This document shows positions 26,900-37,971 of a stretch of 64,000 nt of DNA, piece after piece. The notes under the pieces were generated by a model. It did no database searches. It saw only the letters and a list, made by a program, of their open reading frames with translations, and was not told where the DNA came from. The translations under genes and the position numbers were made by a program. The stretch's first letter is position 1. Each line of letters starts with the position of its first letter. Source of the stretch: Camelus ferus (lineage: Eukaryota); assembly GCF_009834535.1 (NCBI RefSeq), contig NC_045696.1:45758001-45822000 (forward strand), written 5' to 3'.

Positions 26900-27525
26900 A
26901 TGCAAATTACAGTGATGGCTCTGCTCTCATCTCTGCAAGGGAAACTGCTCAGACCACAGTGCCTGCTGCAGGGAAAGTCCTAGGGAAAGTGGAGTTTGAT
27001 GAACCACGGCTCCTGACCCAGGGGTTGGCCTGTGACCTATGGCATGATCTGGCATGCACATTAGGAGGGATAATCAGAATCTGAATTAAGGATAGAAGAA
27101 GGTGGCTCCTAGAAGTAGGAAATTAAATAATGTAAATATCAAAAGCAAAAGACAGGCTTTGATAGGCAAAAAGATTATCCAGAAAAAATACGAGCAAGGA
27201 GAAGCTCAGATATAAAGAAAAAACAAAATGAAAACCAGAGAGAAGGAAAAGTCTGGTAGAAATACACTCTGCGTGGGGGCACTAAAAGGAACAGAGCTAT
27301 ATGAATGTGGAGCACTAGAGTTAACAGCTAAGAAAGGCTTCTATTTAGACTTCTGGCTCTGTGTGTTCTGGCTCAGAATTCGTGCTTCCCTTGAGGCCTT
27401 GAACATGTATGTGAATAAGTACTGCTCACCAACCTTTAATTCATTATCTTTTCTTTACCACTAGGTTTGAGATCATATCCTAACTCTTTCTTTTCTCTTT
27501 CAGTCAAACATCTAGCACTAAACAA
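26900..27525 (+). mobile_element. Possible very old ERVL/MaLR-type solo LTR
   Basis: ccaggggttggcctgtgacc...aatcagaat and an LTR-like 3' end; weak resemblance only. Confidence 0.3.
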
Positions 27526-28059
27526 AATCTGACACTTAGTAAATGCTCGCTGATTGATTCAAAACAACTTTTGAGACCCTATAAATATTATTAATATTTA
27601 TCCAGAAATATACAAGGAAATGATTCCAAGTTCTGTTATTTCACATTATAAAGTGACAAGGAATGCAATTTAACTTCTAACACGTTTATTTCCTCCTTTC
27701 TGTCATTATTATTAAGGCTTGACAATAATAACTCACAGCATAGCTGGAGCCAAGAAACAGAAGAATTTAATCCATAGGTATTAGAGTTTAATAAATGGAA
27801 AGAACTTGCCAAAACTTGTTTATACTATGGAAAAAAAATGCTATCCCTCAGATGTAAGAAGCAGCCGAAGTAATACTCTTTACTTAACTGTCACTTCCCA
27901 CCACTTCTTCTTTCAAATGAAAGAATGCCAGATACAAGTTCACATTTTTTATATGAAAAATTACAATTAATATGAAATGAGTCAAATGTGCTGGTTACAG
28001 GAAAATTTCAAAATAATTCCTTGGTAGTTTAAACTCTTCAAACTCTAAAAACAGAGGTA

Positions 28060-28230
28060 GTAATCCTCTTGAAAGGTGAAGATAGTTATTAAGTTACCAT
28101 TCAGCCTCCTTTTCTTTCAACTAAGTATCACTAGCTTCTTTACAGTTTTCAGACAGGTCATATTTTTCATCCTTGTAATCACTGTGGTCGGTCTTTTCTG
28201 AACCAACCAATTTCTCCACATCCTTCTCAG
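28060..28230 (-). mobile_element. CR1/L3 LINE ORF2 C-terminal fragment
   Basis: Minus strand KDVEKL..VQKRPTTVITRMKNMT...KKRRLNGNLITIF (cf. KDIDKLERVQRRATKMIRGLE...EKRRLRGDLITVF). Confidence 0.8.
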
Positions 28231-28239
28231 GTAATTTTC

Positions 28240-28445
28240 ATGACTTTACAATGGCTTGTGTTTAATGGCAGAGTGAGCCAAAAGAATCAAAGATTTATTT
28301 GGCTCTTGTTGGCTTGTATTACAACGGTGACAGAATGTTCTGGCTTACAGACAAGGAGGAAGCAATAAATATAGCATGTCTGACCTTCAGGAAAGTTTTC
28401 GATTCTATTAGGAATACCATTTTATTCAGCAAGCCAGAAAGCTAA
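28240..28445 (+). mobile_element. CR1/L3 LINE RT fragment, opposite orientation to its neighbour
   Basis: DRMFWLTDKEEAINIACLTFRKVFDSIRNTILFSKPE (cf. DRVTxLVDEGxAVDVIYLDFSKAFDTVSHxILISKLE). Confidence 0.75.
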
Positions 28446-29485
28446 TCACTTTCATTACATAAGGGATGGGGACTCATGAGGCCTCATCCTTTCACTTTTA
28501 ATCCTTGTAATCCTGAACCAAATACAGTGGCCCCTTGTACCAGTTTCTAAATCTTTGGGGACAGTATGACTGATGTCCTTTTTTGGTGCTCTCCTAAGGT
28601 ACAGCCTCTTAGACCTTGGGCTCTTCTCACTTATCTATGGATGAACCAGGTGCACTTCTTCATACTGAACTTTTCTCCTACTCTTCCTTACACTAGAATA
28701 ATATCTTTATAGGTTTCACATAAATTTTACCTATAGGAATAGGAGTGGGGAGGGAAGATGGAGAAGGAGAGAATAATACATATGGGAAAATTTCAAAACC
28801 ACAGTAAGTTCTTAGTATCCCTGGAAATCAATTCAACAACTTAAAATTCAATTCTGATTATCATAAATTTTCATCATTATCTTGATCTGCACCTAATACA
28901 GTCCTTTTGGGTTTCATTCACATTCCAAGACAGACTACTGAGAAGCAACACAAGTGAGGTATTGAACAACAAGTTAGCACACCAACATTAAGGTCGATTC
29001 TGGATTTGTAAACACTGGGCAAGATACTCAATTTTCTAGGCCTCATCCTTTCATTCAAATGACATATATTGAGTATGTACTGTACCACATAGCTTTCTAA
29101 GACCTCGATATCTATTGATCAAAGATCTTGCCTGCAAGCTTCGTGAGGGCAAGAGTTGGGTCTTACACCTCCTTATAAGTGATTAGCAGTGCCCATGGTA
29201 CCTTGGCCTTACTCACTAATTTAGGAGAGGGACAGGATTTGAACCCAGACCACTGGGTCCAGAAGTTCATGCCTCAACTACTGTCTCTAGGCTGGAGTTG
29301 GTCCAGGTTTTCACCAGCCAGTTTAGACAATGACTGTCTCATTTATAGATACAGTGACACACCCTTTTGCCCTATGACATGATGATTAACAAAATTAAAC
29401 TCTTTGAAAATTAATACAACATGGACAAGTGTGCAATACTAGAATTGATAGTATAAATAATTAGGATCAAAAGCACAACTTTTAA

Positions 29486-30167
29486 ATGCAGTTTGGTACA
29501 GCCACTGTGGAAAACAGTATGGAGATTCCTCAAAAGACTAGGAATAGACTTACCATATGACCCAGGAATCCTGCTCCTGGGCATATATCCAGAAGGAACC
29601 CTATTTCAAAATGACACCTGCACCCCAATGTTCATAGCAGCACTATTTACAATAGCCAAAACATGGAAACAGCCTAGATGTCCATCAACAGATGACTGGA
29701 TAAAGAAGATGTGGTATATTTACACAACGGAATGCTGTTCAGTCATAAAAACCAACATAACGCCATTTGCAGCAACATAGATGTTCCTGGAGAATGTCAT
29801 TCTAAGTGAAGTAAGCCAGAAAGAGAAAGAAAAATACCATATGAGATTGCTCATGTGTGGAATAAAAAAAAAAACAACCACATAAATACAAAACAGAAAC
29901 AGACTCATAGACATAGAATACAAACTTGTGGTTGCCAAGGGGGCGGGGGGTGGGAACGGATAGACTGGGATTTCAAAATGTAGAATAGATAAACAGGATT
30001 ATACTGTATAGCACAGGGAAATATATACAAGATCTTATAGTAGCTCATAGAGAAAAAAATGTGACAATGAATATATATGTTCATGTGTAACTGAAAAATT
30101 GTGCTCTACGTTGGAATTTGACACAACATTGTAAAATGATTATAAATCAATAAAAAATGTTAAAAAA
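29486..30167 (+). mobile_element. Young 5'-truncated L1 (camelid-type 3' UTR)
   Basis: ORF2 C-terminus [15 protein letters not shown]...[21 protein letters not shown]-rich 3' UTR; AATAAA and poly(A); perfect 17 bp TSD aaaagcacaacttttaa at 29469-29485 and 30168-30184. Confidence 0.97.
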
Positions 30168-30846
30168 AAAAGCACAACTTTTAACTCACAAAAGTACAAT
30201 GACAGAGATTGTTTAGCAAGTTGGGATTACAGACTACTGTTACCTCACTTGTCTTAGTTTCTTAATGATAAATTTAGTACCATGCAAGAAATGCACATTA
30301 CACCATTTTGATGCAATAATATTTCACATAAATTTGATTTGCATGATAACAATACTGGAAATAGAGCAAAAAATATATTGTGTTTCATTGAAAAATGTGA
30401 TGAGTAGCACTTTCCAGACTTATGTAAGCTTCCTGCATTTTGTAACTTTTATAGCAGGGTGAATTAGCATGATACAGTGAAACATGATGGCAGATGCCAG
30501 AGAAAATTAAGACTCTATGGGCATAGAAGTAAGAGGACTCCACATGGAGCATGGAAATAAGACAAATAACTGATTTTCATATCAGTTACTGATCTGCTTC
30601 TCTGTTCACATCTACTCTACGTGTTTATCCTGACCTCAAACTTTTCTGAAGTTCCTGTTTTGGACTTCACCAAAACCAAGAGTTCTGATAATGCTGAACC
30701 CTGTCATATTTTATTTTATTATAGCTCAGTGAGGCAGACAAGTGACCATAACAGGCTTAAATAAGAGGATCACAGTATCTCACTGATATGCTGTAAACAG
30801 GATTCCTAATTCAAAGACTCAAATTTGAAAAGTCAAATCTAAATAC

Positions 30847-30956
30847 GTGTGTGTGTGTGTAGAGAGAGAGAGAGAAGGACAGGGACAGGGAAATAGGGGA
30901 AGGGGGGTGAAGGAGGAAGGGAAGAAGGAGAATTGGGAAAGATAAAAGGGGAGGAG
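30847..30956. repeat. (GT)n-(GA)n microsatellite followed by a polypurine tract with a canonical G-quadruplex motif
   Basis: GGGacaGGGaaataGGGGaaGGGGGG at 30882-30907. Confidence 0.8.
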
Positions 30957-31760
30957 TATGCTTCAAACAACTAGATTTGGTCTGAAGGCTAATTTGTGAA
31001 AGTACAATTACAGGAAAGACAATGACTACAATTATAAACCTCATTATTATCTATACCAGTTAAGCAATTGTTCAAAGACACAAAAAGTACTTTAGTCTTT
31101 ATGTGCTAGAAAAAACATGTAAATATTATTAAATCCAGAACTTGCGCATATACAGAAATATAGACATATATTAATTTATATGTCAGAAAACACAGAGCAG
31201 GTACGGATTCTATAGTACATGAAAATATAATGAAGTCAGATATAGAAACCAGGGATTGAATAACATGGCTTTATAAAACTCTCTCTCATATATATATTTA
31301 ACCAGTGTTCTTATTATCACCAATATATGCTAATATCTCAGTAAATAAGGTCAGTAGTTATTTTAAACAAAGAAACAATACAATTTAATTCATTTCAGCT
31401 GAGAAAATAAATGACACTTACTAGAGTTATGAATTTGAATACAGGACTTCATCACCCTAAGCCTCCATGAAGGAGACTGTATGTTTGAAGTTCTCAGAAG
31501 AATCTTAGCACAAATTTAGGGTCCAACAAATTTTAGTTATATTTATTTGAGCATGACTTGGTATGTTTTGTGTATTTACACAATGCTTTATATTTATATA
31601 TACAAACTTGCATCGTTGAATCCTAACCTGTCAATCACAGGCTTATTTTAAAGACTTTTCCATCCATGAAAAAGATAGACTTACTTCATTAATCCAATAC
31701 GTATCTCTCCATAGATGTATTTAACAGTAAGGAAAGTTCCTGAACACGCAAAATGTGGTA

Positions 31761-32345
31761 TAGCTGATCCATGTTATTTGCAAACTCTGCATTTTATATT
31801 GGCCTACTTGCTGAAATTTATTCCTGGACATACACAAAGGAATGAAAAATTTGAGCCGCCTGATATGCACATTCCCAGCTGAAGGAATAACCCTCTGTCT
31901 TATTATTTCAGGTCTCTCAGTGTAATCAAATATCCTTTTGAAGGTCTATGTAGTGCCATGTTTTTCACATTTGTATGCTTTTTGTTGGTGATTTTGCTGT
32001 TTATGATGGCCCCCAAGCAGAGTGTGAAGTGCTGTACATGGTTCCTAATGCAAGAAGACTATGTTGTGCCTTATGGAGAAAGCACCTATGTTGGGTGAGC
32101 TTCATTCAAGTGGGAGCTATAATGTGGCCTTGAAATCAATTTTAATGAATCAACAGCATATATTAAATAAGGAATTTATAAGCATAAAACAAGGTTATAT
32201 ATTGATGGGTTGATGAAAATGTTGTGAACAAAGATTCCCAGGAAACTAATCCTGCACTTCCCCTTGAGTAATTGTTCAGTATCCCCTAATTCAATGAGGT
32301 GACTCTACAGAATGTTTAGCTGTTGTGAATAATGAGAACTGACTA
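31761..32345 (-). mobile_element. MER82 (TcMar-Tigger) DNA transposon
   Basis: TA-flanked ends (tagctgatcc.../...aataatgagaactgacta); atggcccccaagc...gtgctg, aaacaaggttatatattgat. Confidence 0.85.
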
Positions 32346-33257
32346 TATTTAATCTTTAGAAAGGCATAGTTTATCGGGGGTTGTATATATGTAAGACTAT
32401 AAATAAGAGCATTAGAAAGATCGATTGATAGACACAGCTGCAAAACAATATACATAAATGATCCAAAGCTCAGATTTCTGGTACCGTTACCTGGAACATG
32501 GCCTTGAGGCTGAAAATGAGAAAAGGCTACTAAACAGCAGAGTCTTGTCGACGCCCTGCTTCTCCCAGCCGTGGCCACTTACCACTCTGGGCTCTCCCTC
32601 TCCCACATTCGTAACTACTAGGACATTAGATTTATGGCTATTGTATTGAGGGGCTGGGCGCGGTGATATGAGAGGCACACAAAAGCAAGAACTGGCTAAA
32701 TGTAATGGTGAGTTAACTCTGTAAGGGGAGGTGGGAAACCAGCTGCAGCAAATTTGTGAATCTGAGCCTGGAAAACTTGACGGTTACTGATGCAGTTAGT
32801 CCATTTTATCATGAAGTTCACAAAAATAGTTGTAACTTTCCCATTAGAACCAATTTATGCATCAACAGGGAATAAGGTAAAAATCAGAATTGCAGTCATT
32901 AACTTAATAAAAACAGTCTTTCTTTTCTTTCTCTTTTGAAGTACGTACCTCCCTCAATCTGAGTAAATGGCAGTTTCCATGTACTCATTCAACATTTATT
33001 AAGTACTTCTTTTGTGTAAGCATTAGGTTTTGGAGGTAAAACACAAGATACTGTTGGACAACACTTGGAACCCACTGCCCAGGGAGAAAGACAACGATAT
33101 CATCATCTCATATGCTCATGGGAGGAGGGTTGAAAAAATGGGTAATTTTTTTTCTGCTAGTTACAGCAGGAAATAGAATGAGAGTGTGTTCTGATAGTAG
33201 AAACTGCTAAATGGATCCTTGGGCATGGGAGTCAATTTATAAATGTAAGATGGTATT

Positions 33258-33604
33258 GGTGATTCTGAAACTTCAGATTCCCAAATTCTTGAATATATTT
33301 AAATCCCCTGGGACCTCGTTAAAATTCAGATTCTGAGGCAGCAGTTCTGGAGGAGGGCCTGAAACATACAGTTGCTATGAGCTGTCAGGTGCTGTAAATG
33401 CTGCTTATCTGCAAACCATACCTTGAGTAGCAAAGCCTCAGGGCTCTGCTGGTCACCTCAGAAACTTTCACCTGGTCAGCTCAGAAGAACTTGGCTGTTC
33501 AAGCCCTACCCCTAGATACTGTGAGTAACAGCACCAGCATGGGCCAGTAACGCAAGCGATTTCTATGCAGATGGCATTCAGACAACACTTTTATAGAGCA
33601 CTGA
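33258..33604. mobile_element. Two adjacent MER5-family (hAT-Charlie) elements
   Basis: aatcccctgggacctcgttaaaattcagattc...accataccttgagtagcaa; second copy gccctacccctagatactg...gagcactg. Confidence 0.6.
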
Positions 33605-34817
33605 TTTATGAGCTTATAAAGATTTCTTCATTAGCAGTCTCCTTTCTAAGATTAACACATTTTCTAATTCTTGCCACCTGGACATATATTTTTTTAACAC
33701 ATCTTGCAATTTTAGGAAGGCTCAAAATCAGGCTGAAAAATAATGTATTATGCTCAAAGTTAAAATGGAATTCAGAAGACACAGCCAAATTTATTTACCT
33801 GGAAACAAATATTGTCTGCATTTATTATTAATGTTTCAGGTGTTGTATTAGGGGCCAGGGTTAATATAAGACTGTGAAAAATAAATCCCTGTCCTTTTAA
33901 ATAAGCTTGTTTCAACTGAGCAAATATGGACTGAATGCTGAGTGAGACCCTGTGCTGGGCCCAGGGGCACCTCACAGGCTTGCAGGAAGGAAGTAGGCTC
34001 ATTTGTTTAGAAACTATTACATGAAGAAGTAGAATTTTCTCTTGGGTCTCCTGTGATTACTTCCAAAAATATGCTGAAAAATTTTAAATATGTGTCATAA
34101 GTAACTTATTTTGCCCATTTGAACTGTAGTCACTTAGTTCACAAAGTACAAAGCATGTGTTCAATAAACCCTGGTTTTATTTAAAAGAATTGAATTTCTA
34201 AACTTCAAATGGTATTATACTGAATTGCTTATCAAAGATAGTAAGATAGTGACTCAAAATTTATATTGTATTGTAAGTCTTGTTTTTAATACATGGCCTG
34301 TTTTACCCCTGACATTCAAATTTCTACAATGGCTCTATTTTCTTCTCTATGTTAATAGAAGAATTAACAAATTATTAGTAAAAGAATGCAAAATCCATAA
34401 AGGTATTCTTCCCTTCCCCTTCTTGATTTTATTTCTAAAGCACCTTTATTAGAGCAGAAAAGATAATATTTAAGATTGCTTTATCTTTAACAATGTTGCT
34501 AGACCCAGTTAAGTTTCTTTGCCAGATGGCCATGTTAAATCATGGAAACAAAGCAAATGATTCCAATAAAAATCATTTTAGTTGCAAATAAAGAACCTGT
34601 TTTCTCCTAGACAAAGTCTATGATCTGTAACATTGCTAGCTCCAGAGATGAAGACTGTTTGTTTTCATTTATGTTTCAAACATGATCGGTTAACCTTAAA
34701 AATACCAAATAAATGCCATAGAAAAGAGCACAGCCTAAAATCCGTAGAGAAAAAAATAATTTCAGGTTTATTTCTGTAGCTAAAAAAAAAAAGAAGAAGA
34801 TTAGAGGCTTTGGTTGG

Positions 34818-34966
34818 TGAGTCACTGTAGAGACGATGAACTGATGAGACTGTGACAGCAAAGGAAGTGCAGGAAAAAAACTGCAGCCACACTAAGAAGT
34901 GTGATTTATAAATGCTGCCGGGGCAGCACATCAGCGTTGTTTTTACCCTGCTGCGTGGAATTCCCC
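34818..34966. promoter_or_regulatory. Candidate inducible enhancer/promoter (AP-1, ETS, palindromic TATA, NF-kB)
   Basis: TGAGTCA 34818-34824; AAGGAAGTG 34861-34869; ATTTATAAAT 34904-34913; GGAATTCCCC (GGGGAATTCC on minus) 34957-34966. Confidence 0.5.
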
Positions 34967-36219
34967 TGCTCCAGGAGTTCTGAACTTAAAAGGGTTTTCT
35001 AGATACGCCTAGAGAATAAAGTGTTCTCTTCAATCCAAGGTTAGATATGGAACAATTTGATTTTTGTTCAAACTGGTAGACTAGCTAGCTAATCAGTTCA
35101 AATTGGTAGCTTCCTAAACCAGGAAATAGTATTTCCACGACAAGGCTGGAGGGGCATGATATTTGTCCTCGTGCTACTTTAGCTGGGTGGCGGCCAATAG
35201 TTATTTCATTCTAGTGTCAATTATTTAAGTAATGCAGGACATGTATACCCATTTCCATCCCATCAAAAAATAAATAAAATAAAGTTATATTTACATCATC
35301 TAGTTTTTAGTGATCACAGTTGGGGTGGATCATTTTAATCACAGAGTAAACAAAACTGGCTAAATCAATGCATACATAAAATGCTGAAAAAAGTGGAAAA
35401 TAATGTTTTAAATGATGGCCACAGTTTCCATGTAGATATGCGAAACTGTCAGTTTGAATTTTCAAAATCTATTCCATATTCCAGTCAGAATAATTTTGTC
35501 CTTCAGTATAACCTTCCCCCCTAATTTGTAGTAACAGTTAATAACGCTCATGTTTTTACTATTGTGTTCCATGTATATTATTATGAATAATGCTATTAAA
35601 ATCCCTGAGCCTTAATAAACTTTGTGTATTTTGTTTCTAATATGAAAAAAATTTATAGTACATTACTTCCCCATATTTTAAGTTGAAAAAAGAAACAAAA
35701 AACTTGTATTTTAACATTGAAATATGTTTAAAAGTAAAATCTGAAATACAGCAATATAATTATACTGACGTCTTTTGTAAGGGATAACACATGATAACAC
35801 ATAATTGAATGGCTCCTGTACCAGAAGAATCACAACTATGGAAAAAGACAAAGAGCCTAATTTATTCTGACTAATCAGGATTGATGTTAATTAAAGAAGA
35901 GTGCAAGATAATGACTTCTCATTACTACCTGATAGATGGAAATAGATTGCTCTTCTTCTTGGTAAAGTAGCAATTAAGTAACTTTTTAAAAAGGATTTAT
36001 TTTCAGAAGACTTTCTTTTATAATTGGTGAAGTATTCTTAAAAAGGTCTTTACAGGAAACCATCAGAAAAAAATGGCTTTCATTAAAGGCTGCTTATTCT
36101 ATAGTATTTATCACATTTTGTTAGAGATGCACAAGATACAGACAATAGTTGAAAAGATGGTAATCAGGACAAAATTAACTTGCATTATCTGTGGAATGTT
36201 TCAGTTTAAAAAACATAGT

Positions 36220-36460
36220 CTAGCAAAGTGATTAAAGCTCAAGTTCAAATCCCAGTTCCTTCACCAACCAGCTCTGTGACCTGCGCCGAGTGTTTTGACC
36301 TCTCTAAGGCTTAATTTTCTCATCTGTAAAATTTAAAAAATACAATCCTGCTTCATAGGGCTGTTGTATTAAATAAAGCTACCTATGTAATATCCATTGC
36401 ACAGAAATGGACATTACATAGATGTCCTGATACATTAAATGAGTTAAATAAACATCAGCT
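36220..36460 (+). mobile_element. MIR SINE
   Basis: gttcaaatcccagttcc...ctgtgacct...ttttctcatctgtaaaat. Confidence 0.8.
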
Positions 36461-36462
36461 AT

Positions 36463-37050
36463 TGTGTTAGTTTTTTATTGCTGTGTAATGAACCACCACA
36501 AACTTAGTGGCCTAACTCAAGTCTATTATCTCATGGGTTCCATGTGGACTCAGGTGAACCGAGTCCTCTTCTAAGGGTCTCCCCAGAGGAAGTCAAGGTA
36601 CTAGCTGGGGCCGCAATCTCATCTGGGTCTCAAGATTTTCTTCCAAGTTCACCTGGTGTTGGTAGAATTCAGTTCCTGTGGTCGGGAGACTGAGGCCCTC
36701 AGCAGTAAGGGGCTGTTCCCATTCCCTGACACGTGGCCCTTCCAGGATGTCACGATGCACTGATTTGTTTCTTCAAAGCAAACAGGAGTGCATCTGCTGC
36801 TGCTTCTCCCTCGCTGACTTCTTCCATTCCAAACTTCTAAATTCTTTTTAAAAGAGCTCATCTCATTAGGTCGGACCCTCCCCTGATAATCTCCTTTTGA
36901 TTAACTTAGAGCCAGCCAATTAGGGACCTTACACCTGCTAAATACTTTCCCTTTGCCAGGCATAGTAACTTAATTATGTGAATGATACCCCATTACATTC
37001 ACAGTTATCACCTGCATTCAAGGGGCTGTGATTCCTTCCAGGGAATACAA
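36463..37050 (-). mobile_element. MaLR solo LTR, MLT1E-like
   Basis: tgtgttagttttttattgctgtgtaa...ccacaaacttagtggc; ggtagaattcagttcctgtgg; gataatctccttttgattaact. Confidence 0.8.
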
Positions 37051-37052
37051 TT

Positions 37053-37260
37053 ACAATCCTACCTGGATTCTATCCACAGGTACCGCACCCCAAATTCAGC
37101 CAACCTCAGATGGAACAGTACTATTAGAACGCAGAACACAGAGGGCCCACTGCATTCGTTGTACTACATCATTTTATATGGGACTTGAGCATCTGTGGAT
37201 TTTGATATTCACGGGGGCTTCCTGGAACTAACCCTTTGCAGATAACTGACGAAGGATTAT
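37053..37260 (+). mobile_element. Tigger3/MER2-family DNA transposon fragment
   Basis: cattttatatgggacttgagcatctgtggattttgatattcacgggggcttcctggaac. Confidence 0.7.
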
Positions 37261-37630
37261 AGTCGAATCACACATTTCCCTTGGGCTTTGTTTCCTAAAG
37301 GGACTCTAATTATTCTCTTTAGTATTGTCTGTAGCCTCCACTGGTCAAGAATGGCTTAAATGAGAGAGTTCCTCAAATCATCATTTAAAACGTATACACA
37401 TAACATTTTGGACACATTTTCATGCTCATATCAAGGAAAAATTTTAATAACACTCACAGAATATGGGTCCCAGAGGACTATGAAGAATGATGTCCAAAAT
37501 ACTCTATTTGTTCCTACTGCCAAATACATAATAAGTCACCACTACTTAAACCACCAGATACATATGATGAACATCATGAAGTTCATCTGAATGACTAACT
37601 CTTAGTTAAACTGTAGATCTTACCTGAAGT

Positions 37631-37971
37631 GTCCCAGGTTGGGTTCCTTAGAAGCACAGAATAAAACAAAAATTCTTGTGAAAGTGATTTACTGGAGGTG
37701 TGCTCTCAGGAGAAGGGAAGTGACGCAAGCAGCGTAGGGCAGGAGGGAAAAACCTAAGCAAAGGTGTGGTCTGTCCTAGACACAAGTTTCAGCCCAATTC
37801 CATGTGGAGTTAGAGAGCATGAACTGGGCTCACCTTGAGGCATGGGGGTGTCAGCTAACCTATGTCAGTCCAAAGAGGGCACATGTGAGCTTTAAAAGTC
37901 AACAGGTACAGCAGCTAGAGGTGATGCACTGAGATGAGGGAACAGGGGCAATCACAACAGCACCCACTGTA
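37631..37971 (-). mobile_element. ERVL solo LTR, LTR16C-like
   Basis: ggttgggttccttagaagcacag...ttcttgtgaaagtgatttactgg...gtgctctcaggagaa; caccttgaggca; acagcacccactgta. Confidence 0.75.
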
